Positions 1 to 11,347 of a DNA stretch of 64,000 nt are shown here, piece by piece. The stretch is from NCBI GenBank assembly GCA_964641455.1, contig CAZXLH010000004.1, positions 14,777 to 78,776 on the forward strand, written 5' to 3'. Position 1 is the stretch's first letter. Each line of letters opens with the position of its first letter. Source of the DNA: an uncultured Eubacteriales bacterium (lineage in GTDB: Bacteria > Bacillota > Sulfobacillia > Fermentithermobacillales > Fermentithermobacillaceae). Both the position numbers and the translations under genes were made by a program. The notes under the pieces are model-generated. The model was not told the origin of the DNA. It saw only the letters and a program-made list of their open reading frames with translations, and ran no database searches.

Positions 1-1788
1 ATACATTCCTGTAAGTGAATCAGGACAGTTAACCACTTCGTCAACACAACCTGCGACCACAACATGTCCACCTTTTTCACCTGCACCCGGGCCAATATCC
101 ACAATATAGTCAGCAGTCCGGATCGTGTCTTCGTCATGTTCAACAACAATCACAGTATTGCCTGTATCCCGTAAATGTTCCAGGGTGTCCAGCAGTTTCG
201 CGTTATCTTTTGCATGAAGCCCTATACTGGGCTCATCCAATACATACAACACACCGACAAGCCCTGAGCCAATCTGAGTGGCAAGGCGTATCCTTTGAGA
301 TTCGCCACCGGAAAGGCTGCCTGCTTGCCTATTTAGAGTAAGATACCCTAAGCCTACATCAACAAGAAAAGCCAGCCTCGAGCGTAACTGCCTGGTCACC
401 TGGTCAGCGATAAGTTTTTCCCGATCATTAAGTTTGAGCCGGTCAATAAAGGCAAGAGCCTCTTCACACGGCATAGCCGTAAATTCCGCTATATTAAGCC
501 CGCCTACGGTAACTGCCAGGACTTCAGGCTTAAGGCGCTTTCCTTCACAGGCAGGACAAGGTATGGCAGCCATGAATCCTTCTATCCACTGCCTTATATA
601 GTTGCTGGATGTTTGCTTGTACCGCCTTTCAAGGTTAGGTATTACCCCTGAATAAGTAATCATGCGCTCAGTGCGCCTGCCATACTTGTTTTGGTATCGG
701 AACCGAATTTTCTGCTTGCCACTGCCGTGCAAAATAATCTCTACATGTTTAGGATCTAAATCCTGGATAGGCGTGTCTGTAGAAAACCCATAATGGGCCG
801 CCACAGCCTCAAGCAACTGTGGATAATACCCGTCAGGATTACTGTTCCACGGTACCACTGCCCCGTCAGAGATTGACTTTCTTTTGTCCGGAATGATCAT
901 CTCAGGGTCAATTTCCAAATTTACACCTAAGCCATTGCATGCAGGGCACGCTCCATAAGGGCTGTTAAACGAAAAGAGCCTAGGCTCAAGTTCGGCAATT
1001 GATATTCCGCAATCAGGGCACGCAAGGGATTGGCTATAAATAATGTCTTCCTTCTTGTCTCCGTCTACGATCTCCATCACTACCAAGTTGCCTGACACTG
1101 AAAGAGCAACCTCTAAAGAGTCAACAAGGCGTGATCTAATACCATCCCTGATGACCAACCTGTCGACTACAGCCTCTATGGTATGCTTTTTGTTCTTGGC
1201 CAGACGTTTACCCACAAACTCTGAAACCTCTGCAGTAACCCCATCAACCCTGGCTCTCACAAACCCTGCTTTCTGAATGTCGTCAAATACTTTGCCATGT
1301 TCCCCTTTTCTCCCTCTTACCAAAGGAGCCAAAACAGAAAACCTGGTTCCCTGGGGAAACGCCAAGACCTGATCGGCTATTTGATCAACTGTTTGTTTAG
1401 ATATGGGTTTTCCGCACTCAGGGCAATGGGGATGCCCTATCCGGGCATACAGAAGCCTCAGGTAATCATAAATTTCTGTTACTGTAGCCACAGTTGAACG
1501 CGGATTTCGGGTGCCTGATTTCTGGTCTATTGAGATTGCCGGCGATAACCCTTCAATGTGGTCAACGTCAGGTTTGTCCATTAACCCAAGAAACTGCCTA
1601 GCGTATGCAGACAAGGATTCCACATACCGCCTTTGCCCTTCTGCATATATTGTGTCAAAAGCCAAAGAACTCTTTCCTGACCCGGATAACCCGGTTATCA
1701 CCGTGAGAGTGTTTCTGGGGATCTCCAGGCTTATATTCTTCAAATTGTGCTGGCGAGCACCTTTAATAATCAGTTTATCGTGAGACAT
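1..1788 (-). CDS. uvrA: Excinuclease ABC subunit A (UvrA), N-terminal ~595 aa. The gene runs past the window start.
   Basis: The reverse complement from 1788 reads [22 protein letters not shown]..., a typical UvrA N-terminus, and overlaps the uvrB stop by 14 nt. It is absent from the ORF track because it is truncated at the window edge. Confidence 0.9.
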   Translation of the reverse strand, partial: MSHDKLIIKGARQHNLKNISLEIPRNTLTVITGLSGSGKSSLAFDTIYAEGQRRYVESLSAYARQFLGLMDKPDVDHIEGLSPAISIDQKSGTRNPRSTVATVTEIYDYLRLLYARIGHPHCPECGKPISKQTVDQIADQVLAFPQGTRFSVLAPLVRGRKGEHGKVFDDIQKAGFVRARVDGVTAEVSEFVGKRLAKNKKHTIEAVVDRLVIRDGIRSRLVDSLEVALSVSGNLVVMEIVDGDKKEDIIYSQSLACPDCGISIAELEPRLFSFNSPYGACPACNGLGVNLEIDPEMIIPDKRKSISDGAVVPWNSNPDGYYPQLLEAVAAHYGFSTDTPIQDLDPKHVEIILHGSGKQKIRFRYQNKYGRRTERMITYSGVIPNLERRYKQTSSNYIRQWIEGFMAAIPCPACEGKRLKPEVLAVTVGGLNIAEFTAMPCEEALAFIDRLKLNDREKLIADQVTRQLRSRLAFLVDVGLGYLTLNRQAGSLSGGESQRIRLATQIGSGLVGVLYVLDEPSIGLHAKDNAKLLDTLEHLRDTGNTVIVVEHDEDTIRTADYIVDIGPGAGEKGGHVVVAGCVDEVVNCPDSLTGMY

Positions 1789-3796
1789 GCTTGTTTCCCC
1801 TTAACCGTGATGGCCTGTCAGTTTGCTGTTCCAGTTCAAATATCATATCCCTTAATATTGCCGCCCTTTCAAATTCAAGGTTAGATGAAGCTTCTTTCAT
1901 TTCTTTCATTAACTTTTCTATGAGTTTCGGTATGGATTGCTTGGGAATGTGCTTGTAATCTTTCTCTTTCAGCACTGCCTCAGGAGCCAAAGGCTTCTGA
2001 TGTTGAATAACGTCGTGAATCTTCTTTTGAATTGTCTTAGGGGTGATTCCATGCTTTTTATTGTAAAGCGCTTGTTTGGCCCTACGCCTTTGAGTCTCCT
2101 TAATAGCTCTCTCCATTGAACCTGTTATCACGTCTGCATACATTATGACCTTGCCGTTAACATTTCTTGCAGCGCGGCCTATAGTCTGTATAAGCGACGT
2201 CTCAGATCTGAGAAACCCTTCTTTATCTGCATCAAGTATGCAAACCAAAGATACCTCGGGAAGATCGAGCCCTTCCCTGAGAAGGTTAATGCCTACAAGC
2301 ACATCAAAAGTTCCCAAGCGCAAGTCTCTGATGATTTCCATTCTTTCCAAAGTTTCAATATCAGAGTGCATATATCTCACCTTAACACCAATTTCACGTA
2401 AGTAATCGGTAAGATCTTCAGCCATCCTCTTGGTAAGCGTAGTAACCAGAACCCGTTCATTTCTTGACGTTACTTTCCGAATTTGAGAAATTAAATCGTC
2501 TATCTGGCCTTTAACCGGATTCACTTCTATTTCAGGATCAACCAGCCCTGTAGGCCTGACCACTTGCTCTACCACTTGAGATGCCCTTTCAAGTTCAAAG
2601 GGCCCCGGAGTGGCAGAAACATAAATCACCTGGCCTGCCCTGTCCATAAACTCATCAAATGTAAGCGGCCTGTTATCAAAAGCAGACGGCAATCTAAACC
2701 CGTAGTTTACCAACGATTGTTTTCGCGAACGATCACCTGCATACATGGCACGAATTTGAGGAATGGTTACGTGAGACTCGTCTATTACAACCAAAAAATC
2801 ATCTGGAAAGAAATCAAGAAGCGTATATGGAGGCTCACCCTCTGCCCTTCCCGTAAGGTGCCTGGAATAGTTTTCGACACCCGGACAGTAACCCATTTCC
2901 TGAAGCATTTCAAGGTCAAACTTAGTTCGTTGCTCAAGGCGGTATGCTTCAAGAATCTTGCCATCATCCCTAAGTTGCTTTAACCTGTGTTTCAATTCTT
3001 CTTCAATTGCTAAGATCGCATTTTGCATTTTCTCATCTTTGACCACATAGTGTTTGGCCGGATAAATCATCACATGGTTCATTTGCGAAAGAGCCTGGCC
3101 GGTCAGCACATCAAATTCAAGAACCCTGTCGATTTCGTCTCCGAACAGTTCAACTCTTATGCCCTTGTCTGTAGACCCGACAGGAAAAATTTCAACGGTA
3201 TCGCCTCTTACCCTAAAGGTGCCCCGCTGAAAGTCAATATCATTTCGTGTATATTGAATATCTACAAGCCGCCTGAGTATCTCGTCACGATCTTTTATCA
3301 TTCCTACACGCAAAGATAAAACCAAATCCCTGTAATCTTCAGGCGAACCAAGGCCATAGATGCATGAAACGCTGGAAACAACCAATACATCACGCCGTTC
3401 AAAAAGAGCGCAGGTTGCAGAGTGCCTAAGTTTGTCAATTTCTTCGTTTACCAAAGCATCTTTTTCTATATAAGTGTCAGTAGGAGCTAAGTACGCTTCA
3501 GGTTGATAATAATCATAGTAGCTGACAAAATACTCTACAGCGTTCTTGGGAAAAAAGTGCTTAAACTCAGAGGCCAATTGAGCAGCCAAAATCTTGTTAT
3601 GAGAGATAACCAGTACAGGCCGGTTTAGCCTGGCTACTGCATTGGCAATGGTAAAGGTCTTGCCTGAACCTGTTACCCCCAGCAAGATCTGATGCTTGTA
3701 CCCTTTTTTGACCCCTGCGACCAAAGCGTCAATTGCTTCCGGCTGATCGCCTTTGGGTGTAAACTCTGACACTATATGAAAACCTGGCATTTCCAT
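1775..3796 (-). CDS. uvrB: Excinuclease ABC subunit B (UvrB)
   Basis: 673 aa with the helicase Walker A motif [10 protein letters not shown], a [10 protein letters not shown]-terminus and the UvrB C-terminal coiled coil. Confidence 0.95.
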   Translation of the reverse strand: MEMPGFHIVSEFTPKGDQPEAIDALVAGVKKGYKHQILLGVTGSGKTFTIANAVARLNRPVLVISHNKILAAQLASEFKHFFPKNAVEYFVSYYDYYQPEAYLAPTDTYIEKDALVNEEIDKLRHSATCALFERRDVLVVSSVSCIYGLGSPEDYRDLVLSLRVGMIKDRDEILRRLVDIQYTRNDIDFQRGTFRVRGDTVEIFPVGSTDKGIRVELFGDEIDRVLEFDVLTGQALSQMNHVMIYPAKHYVVKDEKMQNAILAIEEELKHRLKQLRDDGKILEAYRLEQRTKFDLEMLQEMGYCPGVENYSRHLTGRAEGEPPYTLLDFFPDDFLVVIDESHVTIPQIRAMYAGDRSRKQSLVNYGFRLPSAFDNRPLTFDEFMDRAGQVIYVSATPGPFELERASQVVEQVVRPTGLVDPEIEVNPVKGQIDDLISQIRKVTSRNERVLVTTLTKRMAEDLTDYLREIGVKVRYMHSDIETLERMEIIRDLRLGTFDVLVGINLLREGLDLPEVSLVCILDADKEGFLRSETSLIQTIGRAARNVNGKVIMYADVITGSMERAIKETQRRRAKQALYNKKHGITPKTIQKKIHDVIQHQKPLAPEAVLKEKDYKHIPKQSIPKLIEKLMKEMKEASSNLEFERAAILRDMIFELEQQTDRPSRLRGNKHVSR

Positions 3797-3887
3797 TCCC
3801 CCGCCAAATCATTATAACTTCACCGGCCAATGCGATCAAATGTTCTATACATAATAATAATGGAAATTTAAAAGCCAGGGTGAACTG

Positions 3888-5225
3888 CTATTTCTCAGAC
3901 GGCTTCCCTTTGCCTATGTTCTTTAAGAACCTAAGCAAAACTCCCTCTGTGTAAGACCTGGCCATAGGTTGATCACCAGGTTGAGGAACAGGAATAAGGC
4001 CTAAAGCCTCAGACGATTGACGCTCAACATAGACTTTTTGAGGGCCGGAGCTTTTAGCGGATTCCAATATCCAAAAAGATACAGGCCCAATCGGCAAAGA
4101 GGCAAGTGCACAATCAAGGCTTTCTCTTGTATTGACTTCAATATCATTAACCAGGCAAATAATATTGCCGGTCTTAAGCCCTGCACTCTTAGCCGGGCTG
4201 CCTTCCACTACGTCAAGTAGCATTACTCCTTTTTCCGTTGGCACATAAATAGGTTCGTGGCCAAACTCTTCTTTCAACCCCATTTTAATCACTATTTCGT
4301 GGCCAACCGGAGAAAACAATGCGGCTACCCAGGCAAATACAGGCCACTTCGAGGCTGCAATTGAAAGCAGCAGCAAAACAATACTAAACAGCATAAGGTT
4401 TCTTGAGGTACTCCTGGCCTTTTCTTTAGGGGAATTGGCAATGGCGATATCGCCATAACCGAGTGCAGCAATCACAGGCATCATAGCAAAAACCGGCTCG
4501 CCGGGCCCTGGTATTTCTGGTGATTGAATTAAGGGCCACCAATCAGGAAGATGTATTAAGCCCTGCATAGATGATACATTTGGCAACTTAATAAGGAACA
4601 GCACAATGATGGGGATAGGCCAAAACCGTTGGAGCGCGAACCCTCCAACTACGTCTCCGTTCTCATGAGAAACATAAACAGGGGTGGAACATGTATGCCC
4701 TGAAAGCCTTATTAAAAAGGCTTCTGCAGCGTGAAGGCCCGCTACGAGCGCCATAACGGCAGGCACATTGATTTTAGGCCAACCAAACACAAGATAACTT
4801 AGCCCTGCCAAACCGCCTGCGTATGAATAACAAAGCAGCCTGGGGCTGAACAAATACAATATTACAGCGATAGGCAGTAAATAGGCAATACCGCTGTCTG
4901 TAACCGATACCCCTATAAGCACCAATAAGAAACTGGCAAGTAACCCGCCAAGCAAGCCTAGACCTATAGCTCTTAATGTCTGATAAAACGCTTTGTTGCT
5001 TGCAGTACCGTAAAGGTTTTCTTCAGTACGCTGAATTCTGGCATACTGGCTTGCAACTAAAAACAAAACCACTAAATACAGTATATCTACTATTACATTA
5101 GAGAATATTCCCGGGTACGAACGTAAAATTGACCTAATAAGTTCAAACAGAGGGCTCACCTGCACTGCCCCTTTCATATGTCGAATAACAAGGCTACAAA
5201 GTCTGGTTGATTTCACTCCGGGCAA
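3888..5225 (-). CDS. Polytopic membrane protein with a C-terminal PDZ domain (MinJ-like). The true start is probably the internal Met near 5177.
   Basis: Multiple hydrophobic helices followed by a PDZ-like GSPAKSAGLKTGNIICLVND segment. It sits next to ctpB and ftsEX, as B. subtilis minJ (yvjD) does. Confidence 0.6.
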   Translation of the reverse strand: MPGVKSTRLCSLVIRHMKGAVQVSPLFELIRSILRSYPGIFSNVIVDILYLVVLFLVASQYARIQRTEENLYGTASNKAFYQTLRAIGLGLLGGLLASFLLVLIGVSVTDSGIAYLLPIAVILYLFSPRLLCYSYAGGLAGLSYLVFGWPKINVPAVMALVAGLHAAEAFLIRLSGHTCSTPVYVSHENGDVVGGFALQRFWPIPIIVLFLIKLPNVSSMQGLIHLPDWWPLIQSPEIPGPGEPVFAMMPVIAALGYGDIAIANSPKEKARSTSRNLMLFSIVLLLLSIAASKWPVFAWVAALFSPVGHEIVIKMGLKEEFGHEPIYVPTEKGVMLLDVVEGSPAKSAGLKTGNIICLVNDIEVNTRESLDCALASLPIGPVSFWILESAKSSGPQKVYVERQSSEALGLIPVPQPGDQPMARSYTEGVLLRFLKNIGKGKPSEK

Positions 5226-6318
5226 GTTCTATTGCTTTGGCAAGCTGTTCGTTATCGCCCTCTATAATTATGTCAGGCTCAAGCCCTTTACCATTAATTG
5301 AACGGCCGTTAGGAGTAAAATACTCGGCTATGGTCACTTTAATAACGGAACCGTCCTTGAGCCTGTAAGAGTTTTGAACTAAACCTTTGCCAAAAGTATT
5401 AGTGCCTACCAGTGTTCCTGCTCCGTAGTCTTGTATAGCGCCTGCTAAAATTTCAGAGGCACTTGCTGTACCCTGGTTAACCAGAACAAACAAGGGCATA
5501 CCTAATCCTGTTCCTTCTGAACGGTAGCCGGTTTCTTCGAACGATTTCCCTTTTACGGTAACCACAGTTCCTTTAGGCACAAACAAATTGGAAATGTCAA
5601 TGCACCTATCAAGCAACCCGCCCCCATTGTAGCGTAAATCAAGGATAATGGCTCTTGCTCCCTGGCTTTTTAGGTCTTCCAGGGCCATTGCCGTATCAAC
5701 AGCAGAATGTTCATTGAATGTTATAAGTTCAATGTAACCTATACCTTCTTGTTTCATTGAGTAGTCCACTGCAGGAATAGTTATCTCTTCTCTTATGATG
5801 GCGACATCAAAACTGTCTCCGTCCCGGTAGATAGTAAGCACAACTTCAGTTCCGGCAGGGCCCCTGATCAAAGACGCAGCCTCATCGCTGCTTGTAACGG
5901 GCTTGCCATCGACTTTGATAATTTGGTCATTAACTCTGAGCCCGGCCGCTTCGGCAGGTGTGCCTTTCATCGGCGATACAATACAAACCCTGCCGTCTCT
6001 TACATCTATGGTTACGCCAATCCCTGAAAACTCACCGCTTGTACGGATGTAAAATTCGTTCCACTCTCTCTGGGTCATGTATACAGTATAGGGATCGCCC
6101 AAAGAAGCTACGACACCTCGGGCAGCGCCTTCCAAAACCTGTGATTTGTCAAAATCTTTGTAGTAAGTTCTATCCAAAAGGTTCACTATGCCATAAACTT
6201 TGCCTACAGGGGTAAACTTGGCCACAGCATAGGCACCTACGCCTGCAGTCACCAAAATTGCGACAATGGCAGTAATGATACACGATCTTATGACTCTGGA
6301 TTTAGGTACCGTGTCCAC
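5194..6318 (-). CDS. ctpB: Carboxyl-terminal processing protease (S41 family, CtpA/CtpB)
   Basis: An S41 motif (LVNQGTASASEILAGAIQD), a PDZ segment and an N-terminal signal anchor; it is adjacent to ftsEX. Confidence 0.85.
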   Translation of the reverse strand: MDTVPKSRVIRSCIITAIVAILVTAGVGAYAVAKFTPVGKVYGIVNLLDRTYYKDFDKSQVLEGAARGVVASLGDPYTVYMTQREWNEFYIRTSGEFSGIGVTIDVRDGRVCIVSPMKGTPAEAAGLRVNDQIIKVDGKPVTSSDEAASLIRGPAGTEVVLTIYRDGDSFDVAIIREEITIPAVDYSMKQEGIGYIELITFNEHSAVDTAMALEDLKSQGARAIILDLRYNGGGLLDRCIDISNLFVPKGTVVTVKGKSFEETGYRSEGTGLGMPLFVLVNQGTASASEILAGAIQDYGAGTLVGTNTFGKGLVQNSYRLKDGSVIKVTIAEYFTPNGRSINGKGLEPDIIIEGDNEQLAKAIELARSEINQTL

Positions 6319-6529
6319 TCAAGTCACCGTCTTTCTTAACATCCACAACCAATGCTGTAGAAGGATTTCATCTACGTCATATTCAGTCTAGCACAATTGA
6401 ATGATTCACTCTAGATAATTTAACCCCATCCGGGATATCAATTACTCAAACAATAAATAAGGCTACCCAAAGCCGGCAAGTTTGCCGCTGGGCAGCCAAA
6501 AACCTGTTATATTTGGTTATGTATCAAGT

Positions 6530-7699
6530 TTAGAACTCAACCCAGTTTCTGGGATTGGCAGTGGCGCCGTTGACCCTAACTTCAAAGTGCAGGTGTGGGC
6601 CTGTCGAAACTCCTGTGCTTCCTACAAGCGCTACAGTTTGTCCTCGTGTCACTGCATCACCGGTATTTACCAAAAGTTTTGAAGCATGGGCATAAAGCGT
6701 AGAAATACCGCCTCCGTGGTCAATAATCACATAAAGGCCGTATCCTGCATCCCTGGTCGCCAAGAGAACCGTGCCATCCTCTGCGGCCTTAATCGGAAGG
6801 CCGCTGTTAACTGCAATATCAACACCACCGTGCCATTTGTAACGACCCAAAATCGGGTGCCATCTATTTCCATATTCCGAGCTAATCCATCCGCCGGATA
6901 CAGGGCGTATCATGGAAAGCCCTTCTTTTTTCTCGCGCTGGTGGCCTTGAGCCTGCAGATCTCTGATTATCTGCTCCAAAGCCTTAGATTCCTGCTCAAT
7001 TCTATCTAGAGCCGCTTCAAGTTGCTCACGGTCGTACTTTAACTGAGTCAAATACCGTTCTCTGTCTACACTGCGGGAAGCAACCATAGCCCTCTTCTCT
7101 TCTTGCTGGGCCTTGGCCCACTTGAGATCGTTCATGTCGTTTTCAAGGAGTTCTTTTTTCTCAGCAAGTTCCTGCCTCATTACCTTATATTCTTCAATCA
7201 GGCGTGCATCATCTTGGGCAATCTCCCGAAGATAATAGAGCCGAGCCATAAACTCGGAAACACTGCTTGAATCCAAAAGAATTTCAAGGTAAGAAGTTGT
7301 CCCGGCTTTATACATACAAACCAGCCTGTCGCTGAGAAGCTCTTTTTGCTCCTCGGTTTTCTTTTCTGTTTCGGCTATTTCCTTTTGGGTTTCTGCCATT
7401 CGATCATTCAGATACTGAATTCTGGCTATCAGGTAGTTAAGTTCTTTCTCAGACAAAGCCAGTTCCAATTCCAGATTTTCCAGTTCCTTTGCCACAGAGG
7501 CCTCAGAGCGCCGCTTTGAATCAATTTGGTTCTTGAACTCATCAATTTCTTTTTGCATCTGCTCAAGTTCCCGGAATTTTTCATCAAGAACACCGGCCCT
7601 GGCAACAGAAGATCCGGAGCCCATACCTATAGCCATTTGCCATATTAGCAACGCAACCAAAACCAGCCAGCCGAAACGAGCAAACTTTCCTCTCCTCAT
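6530..7699 (-). CDS. Coiled-coil M23 family peptidoglycan endopeptidase, the EnvC/FtsEX-associated type
   Basis: A long coiled-coil N-terminal region followed by an intact LytM motif (HGGVD ... PHLHFEV); it lies immediately downstream of ftsX. Confidence 0.8.
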   Translation of the reverse strand: MRRGKFARFGWLVLVALLIWQMAIGMGSGSSVARAGVLDEKFRELEQMQKEIDEFKNQIDSKRRSEASVAKELENLELELALSEKELNYLIARIQYLNDRMAETQKEIAETEKKTEEQKELLSDRLVCMYKAGTTSYLEILLDSSSVSEFMARLYYLREIAQDDARLIEEYKVMRQELAEKKELLENDMNDLKWAKAQQEEKRAMVASRSVDRERYLTQLKYDREQLEAALDRIEQESKALEQIIRDLQAQGHQREKKEGLSMIRPVSGGWISSEYGNRWHPILGRYKWHGGVDIAVNSGLPIKAAEDGTVLLATRDAGYGLYVIIDHGGGISTLYAHASKLLVNTGDAVTRGQTVALVGSTGVSTGPHLHFEVRVNGATANPRNWVEF

Positions 7700-7723
7700 T
7701 GTTTATGTACCTCCGGAAAAATA

Positions 7724-8608
7724 TCAGACTTTCAAATGCCGCCTTACCGAAAAGGCCGAGCCTGCTATACCCACCATAACACCTGTCAACGCCATTATCC
7801 CGAACATGTCCGAAGCAGACGTAAAGTCAAGGTTAAACATAGGCATGAAAGGGATAAATTCTGCAATTTTTGTAAATATCCAATTGTAGACTCCTACCGC
7901 AAACCCGGTGCCTACAATACTTCCCAAAAACCCCAGAAGAATCCCTTCAAGCAAAAAAGGCGTGACAACAAAGCCGTCAGTAGCTCCCACAAGTTTCATT
8001 ATCCCTATTTCTTGCCTTCGCGCATCGATTGTCAGCCTTATGGAATTGCCGATTACCATTACTGCCACAACGCCTACAACCGCCATGCCTCCGATAGACA
8101 GATATTGAACAGCTCTGCCTATTGAAACAAGCCGCCTTGACACTTCTTCCTGATAGATTACATCGTCTACAATAGATATTTGCTTAAGTTCATCTACGAC
8201 ACCAGGAATTTTTTCAGCATTTGTTGTTTTTACCCTAACACTTGGAGGGAGCGGGTTCTCGTCTTCCAATGAATCAAGCACTGACGCTTTGTCCTGGAAC
8301 ATCTCCTTGAGTTCTTCAAGAGCATCCTGCTTGCTTACGTATTTTACTTCACTGACACCGGCTATCTCTCGTATTTCCCCGACAACCTGTGATATTTGAG
8401 TGTTTGATGCTTCTTTGTCTATATAAGCTTGAATTTCCATTTGGGTTTCAGCCATTTTGTACATGTAACCCAGGTTGATGCTAATCAAGAAACTGATTCC
8501 AAGCAGAAAAAGAGCCAAACCCGTTGTAAGCGATGAGAGAAATGACGATAGTTTATTTCTCCAAATGTTTTTGAATGACTGGGAAAACATATATCCGACT
8601 AATCTCAA
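7724..8608 (-). CDS. ftsX: Cell division ABC transporter permease FtsX
   Basis: 294 aa with four TM segments and a large extracellular loop; its start overlaps the ftsE stop by 4 nt. Confidence 0.9.
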   Translation of the reverse strand: MRLVGYMFSQSFKNIWRNKLSSFLSSLTTGLALFLLGISFLISINLGYMYKMAETQMEIQAYIDKEASNTQISQVVGEIREIAGVSEVKYVSKQDALEELKEMFQDKASVLDSLEDENPLPPSVRVKTTNAEKIPGVVDELKQISIVDDVIYQEEVSRRLVSIGRAVQYLSIGGMAVVGVVAVMVIGNSIRLTIDARRQEIGIMKLVGATDGFVVTPFLLEGILLGFLGSIVGTGFAVGVYNWIFTKIAEFIPFMPMFNLDFTSASDMFGIMALTGVMVGIAGSAFSVRRHLKV

Positions 8609-9297
8609 GAACTATACGCCCCTCTTCTCTCATCTCTGACAATTGACCCGTCTTTGAGTTCAATAACCCTTTTTCTTAACATGTTAACAGCGTCTTGAGC
8701 GTGGGTAGCTATAACAACGGTTGTGCCATAAATATTGGCGCGCTCCAAAATGGCGAAAATCTCCATGGACGTCTTTGGATCCAGATTGCCCGAAGGCTCG
8801 TCCGCAAGCAGAATATCAGGATTCCTTACAAGCGCCCGCGCAATGGCAACTCTTTGCTGCTCTCCGCCTGACAGTTCGTTGGGGTATGCATCTTTTCTGT
8901 TTTGCAATCCGACCAGAGTAAGTACCTGGTTGGTCTTTCTTTGCATATCCCTTCTGGGGGTCCCTGTTACTTCCAAAGCAAAAGAGACGTTTTCCCATGC
9001 GGTCTTATCTTCCAGTAACTTGAAATCTTGAAACACCACGCCGATTTTACGCCTTAAATAAGCAACGTCCCGGCGGCGTAACCTTGACAGATCCTTACCC
9101 AGAACAATAACCTGGCCGCCGGAAGGCAATGCTTCTCTGTACAAAAGTTTGATTAAAGTTGACTTACCTGCTCCGCTTGCCCCTACAATAAAAACAAATT
9201 CGCCCTTTTCGATTTTCAAACTTACTGAATCAAGGGCTTTAATTTTGTTGTCGAACACTTTGGAAACATTTCTAAGACTGATCAATGAAAACGTCAC
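8605..9297 (-). CDS. ftsE: Cell division ATP-binding protein FtsE
   Basis: Walker A (GASGAGKST) and the ABC signature (LSGGEQQRVAIARAL); 230 aa. Confidence 0.95.
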   Translation of the reverse strand: MTFSLISLRNVSKVFDNKIKALDSVSLKIEKGEFVFIVGASGAGKSTLIKLLYREALPSGGQVIVLGKDLSRLRRRDVAYLRRKIGVVFQDFKLLEDKTAWENVSFALEVTGTPRRDMQRKTNQVLTLVGLQNRKDAYPNELSGGEQQRVAIARALVRNPDILLADEPSGNLDPKTSMEIFAILERANIYGTTVVIATHAQDAVNMLRKRVIELKDGSIVRDERRGAYSS

Positions 9298-9424
9298 CTG
9301 CCGAACTGTGTACCCAATACCATACCAAAACCAACGACCTGCTACACTCTCTTATTATTCGACATTGTTTTACCTAATCCTGTTCCCGAAAAAATTGGAA
9401 ATATTCGAATCTTAGAATTTTCGA

Positions 9425-10426
9425 TTAGGTATGTATCATTTGCCTTGCGGTTTGGCAGAAGTTGCTTGAAGTAAGCCCATACACTTCCAATAATTCCTCA
9501 GCCGAACCTGATTGGCCAAATTCATCATTTATCCCCAAGCGAATCACACCGATAGGATGTTTTTCGCAGACAACCTCACATACAGCGCTGCCCAGGCCGC
9601 CAATTACGTTATGTTCCTCGCAAGTGATTATGGCAGTGCTGTTTTTGGCAATCTTAACTGTCAAGCCCCTGTCAATTGGTTTCACTGAAGCCATGTCTGC
9701 TACAAGGCAAGATACTCCTTCTTTTTCCAGTGCCCGGGCGGCTTCCAAAGCAGGCTGCACCGTAATCCCACAGGCAATGAAAGAAACGTCAAACGGCTGC
9801 TTTCCCGGACGGGCTTTGTGCAACTCGCAACAAATTTGCTCCAAACTCTTCTCTGAATGCTCGGGCCACAAAACCAGGCCTTTGCCAATTTCAAAATCCG
9901 CCTCACGAGGAAACACAGATGGAACCTTGGACCGTCCCAACCTTATGTAGACAGGCCCGTCATAGGACGCTGCAGCCTTTACAGCCAGCCTGGCCTGTAT
10001 GGCATCGCAAGGCACAATAACCGTCATCCCGGGAATCGCACGCATCAAAGCGATATCTTCAATAGCCTGGTGGGAAGCCCCGTCAGGGCCAACTGTAATT
10101 CCTCCGTGGGAGGCTGCGATCTTGACATTAAACTGTGGATACGCAATGGATTGGCGTATTTGATCATAAGCTCTGCCTGCAGCAAAAACGGCAAATGTAG
10201 AAGCGAACGGGATCTTGCCTGACCTGGCAAGCCCTGCCGCAATTCCCATCATGTTTGCTTCAGCAATTCCAACATTGAAGAACCTCTCGGGAAACTCTTT
10301 GGCAAAAACACCGGTTCTGGTTGAAGAAGATAGGTCTGCATCGAGCACTACTATGTTAGGATTTTGTTTGCCTAACTCTACCAGAGTTTCTCCGTAGGCA
10401 TCCCTTGTCGCCTTCATCTCAGACAT
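9425..10426 (-). CDS. Transketolase, C-terminal section (split transketolase subunit B)
   Basis: 333 aa with an N-terminus MSEMKATRDAYGETLVELGK typical of split-tkt C-subunits, containing the pyrimidine-binding and C-terminal domains. Confidence 0.9.
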   Translation of the reverse strand: MSEMKATRDAYGETLVELGKQNPNIVVLDADLSSSTRTGVFAKEFPERFFNVGIAEANMMGIAAGLARSGKIPFASTFAVFAAGRAYDQIRQSIAYPQFNVKIAASHGGITVGPDGASHQAIEDIALMRAIPGMTVIVPCDAIQARLAVKAAASYDGPVYIRLGRSKVPSVFPREADFEIGKGLVLWPEHSEKSLEQICCELHKARPGKQPFDVSFIACGITVQPALEAARALEKEGVSCLVADMASVKPIDRGLTVKIAKNSTAIITCEEHNVIGGLGSAVCEVVCEKHPIGVIRLGINDEFGQSGSAEELLEVYGLTSSNFCQTARQMIHT

Positions 10427-10495
10427 TATCTATCACCTTTTTCAATCGTTATGTCAAATCAATAAATCAATATTGATCAATATGGCTACCCGCGC

Positions 10496-11347
10496 TCACA
10501 AAACAGTCAATTCATCCAGAGCCTGTTTAACCTGTTCGGGCTTAGGCGCCGTTCCATGCCATTCCTTCTTGTTTTCCATGAAACTGACTCCTTTGCCTTT
10601 TGTGGTCTCTGCTACAATAACAGTAGGACGCTCCTCGGCCTGAGACGCCTCTTGGAAAACCTCCAGGAGTTTTTCAACATTGTGGCCGTCTACAGTGAGC
10701 ACTTGCCAGCCAAAAGCTTTAAACTTATCGGTAAGCGGCTCAAGGGACATTACATCTTCCACTCTTCCGTCTATCTGAAGGCGGTTGTGGTCGACAATGG
10801 CAATAAGGTTTTGGAGTCTATAGTGGCTTGCAGCCATAGCCGCCTCCCAAACCTGGCCCTCCTGGCATTCTCCGTCCCCCATAAGCGCCCATACCTTGTA
10901 GCGTTTTTTGTCCAGTTTGCCTGCAAGCGCCATTCCAACTGCCATTGACAGCCCCTGGCCCAGGGACCCTGTGGATACCTCTACTCCCGGCACCTTTCGG
11001 CAGTCAGGGTGGCCCTGAAGGGGTGAACCCAGCTGCCTTAAAGTTGTAAGAAGATCTGCAGGGAAAAAGCCCCGGTTAGCCAAAGCAGCGTAAAGCACAG
11101 GTGCCGCATGCCCCTTGCAAAGAACAAATCGATCTCTGTCGGGCCACATAGGTTGGGCAGGCTTAACTCTGAGCACATCGCCAAAATACAGCACTGAAAT
11201 TATGTCTGCTGACGAGAGTGAACCTCCCGGATGGCCTGACCCTGCTTTTCCAATCATTTCAACCACATTACGCCTTAAAGCCCGTGCCATTTCCTTTATG
11301 GTTTGAATCTGTTTTTCCTTTTGGGCAATCTCTGCTTTGTGCATCAT
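10496..11347 (-). CDS. Transketolase, N-terminal section (split transketolase subunit A)
   Basis: 283 aa with the thiamine-diphosphate binding motifs (GSGHPGGSLS ... GDGECQEG). The start at 11347 is supported by an AAAGGAGAG ribosome-binding site. Confidence 0.9.
   Translation of the reverse strand: MMHKAEIAQKEKQIQTIKEMARALRRNVVEMIGKAGSGHPGGSLSSADIISVLYFGDVLRVKPAQPMWPDRDRFVLCKGHAAPVLYAALANRGFFPADLLTTLRQLGSPLQGHPDCRKVPGVEVSTGSLGQGLSMAVGMALAGKLDKKRYKVWALMGDGECQEGQVWEAAMAASHYRLQNLIAIVDHNRLQIDGRVEDVMSLEPLTDKFKAFGWQVLTVDGHNVEKLLEVFQEASQAEERPTVIVAETTKGKGVSFMENKKEWHGTAPKPEQVKQALDELTVL

Noticed and set aside
6319-6529. Terminator or regulatory hairpin in the ctpB upstream gap (GGCAA-GT-TTGCC)
   Set aside because: The stem is only 5 bp with a 2-nt loop and has no adjacent T-tract, so it is not a credible structure.
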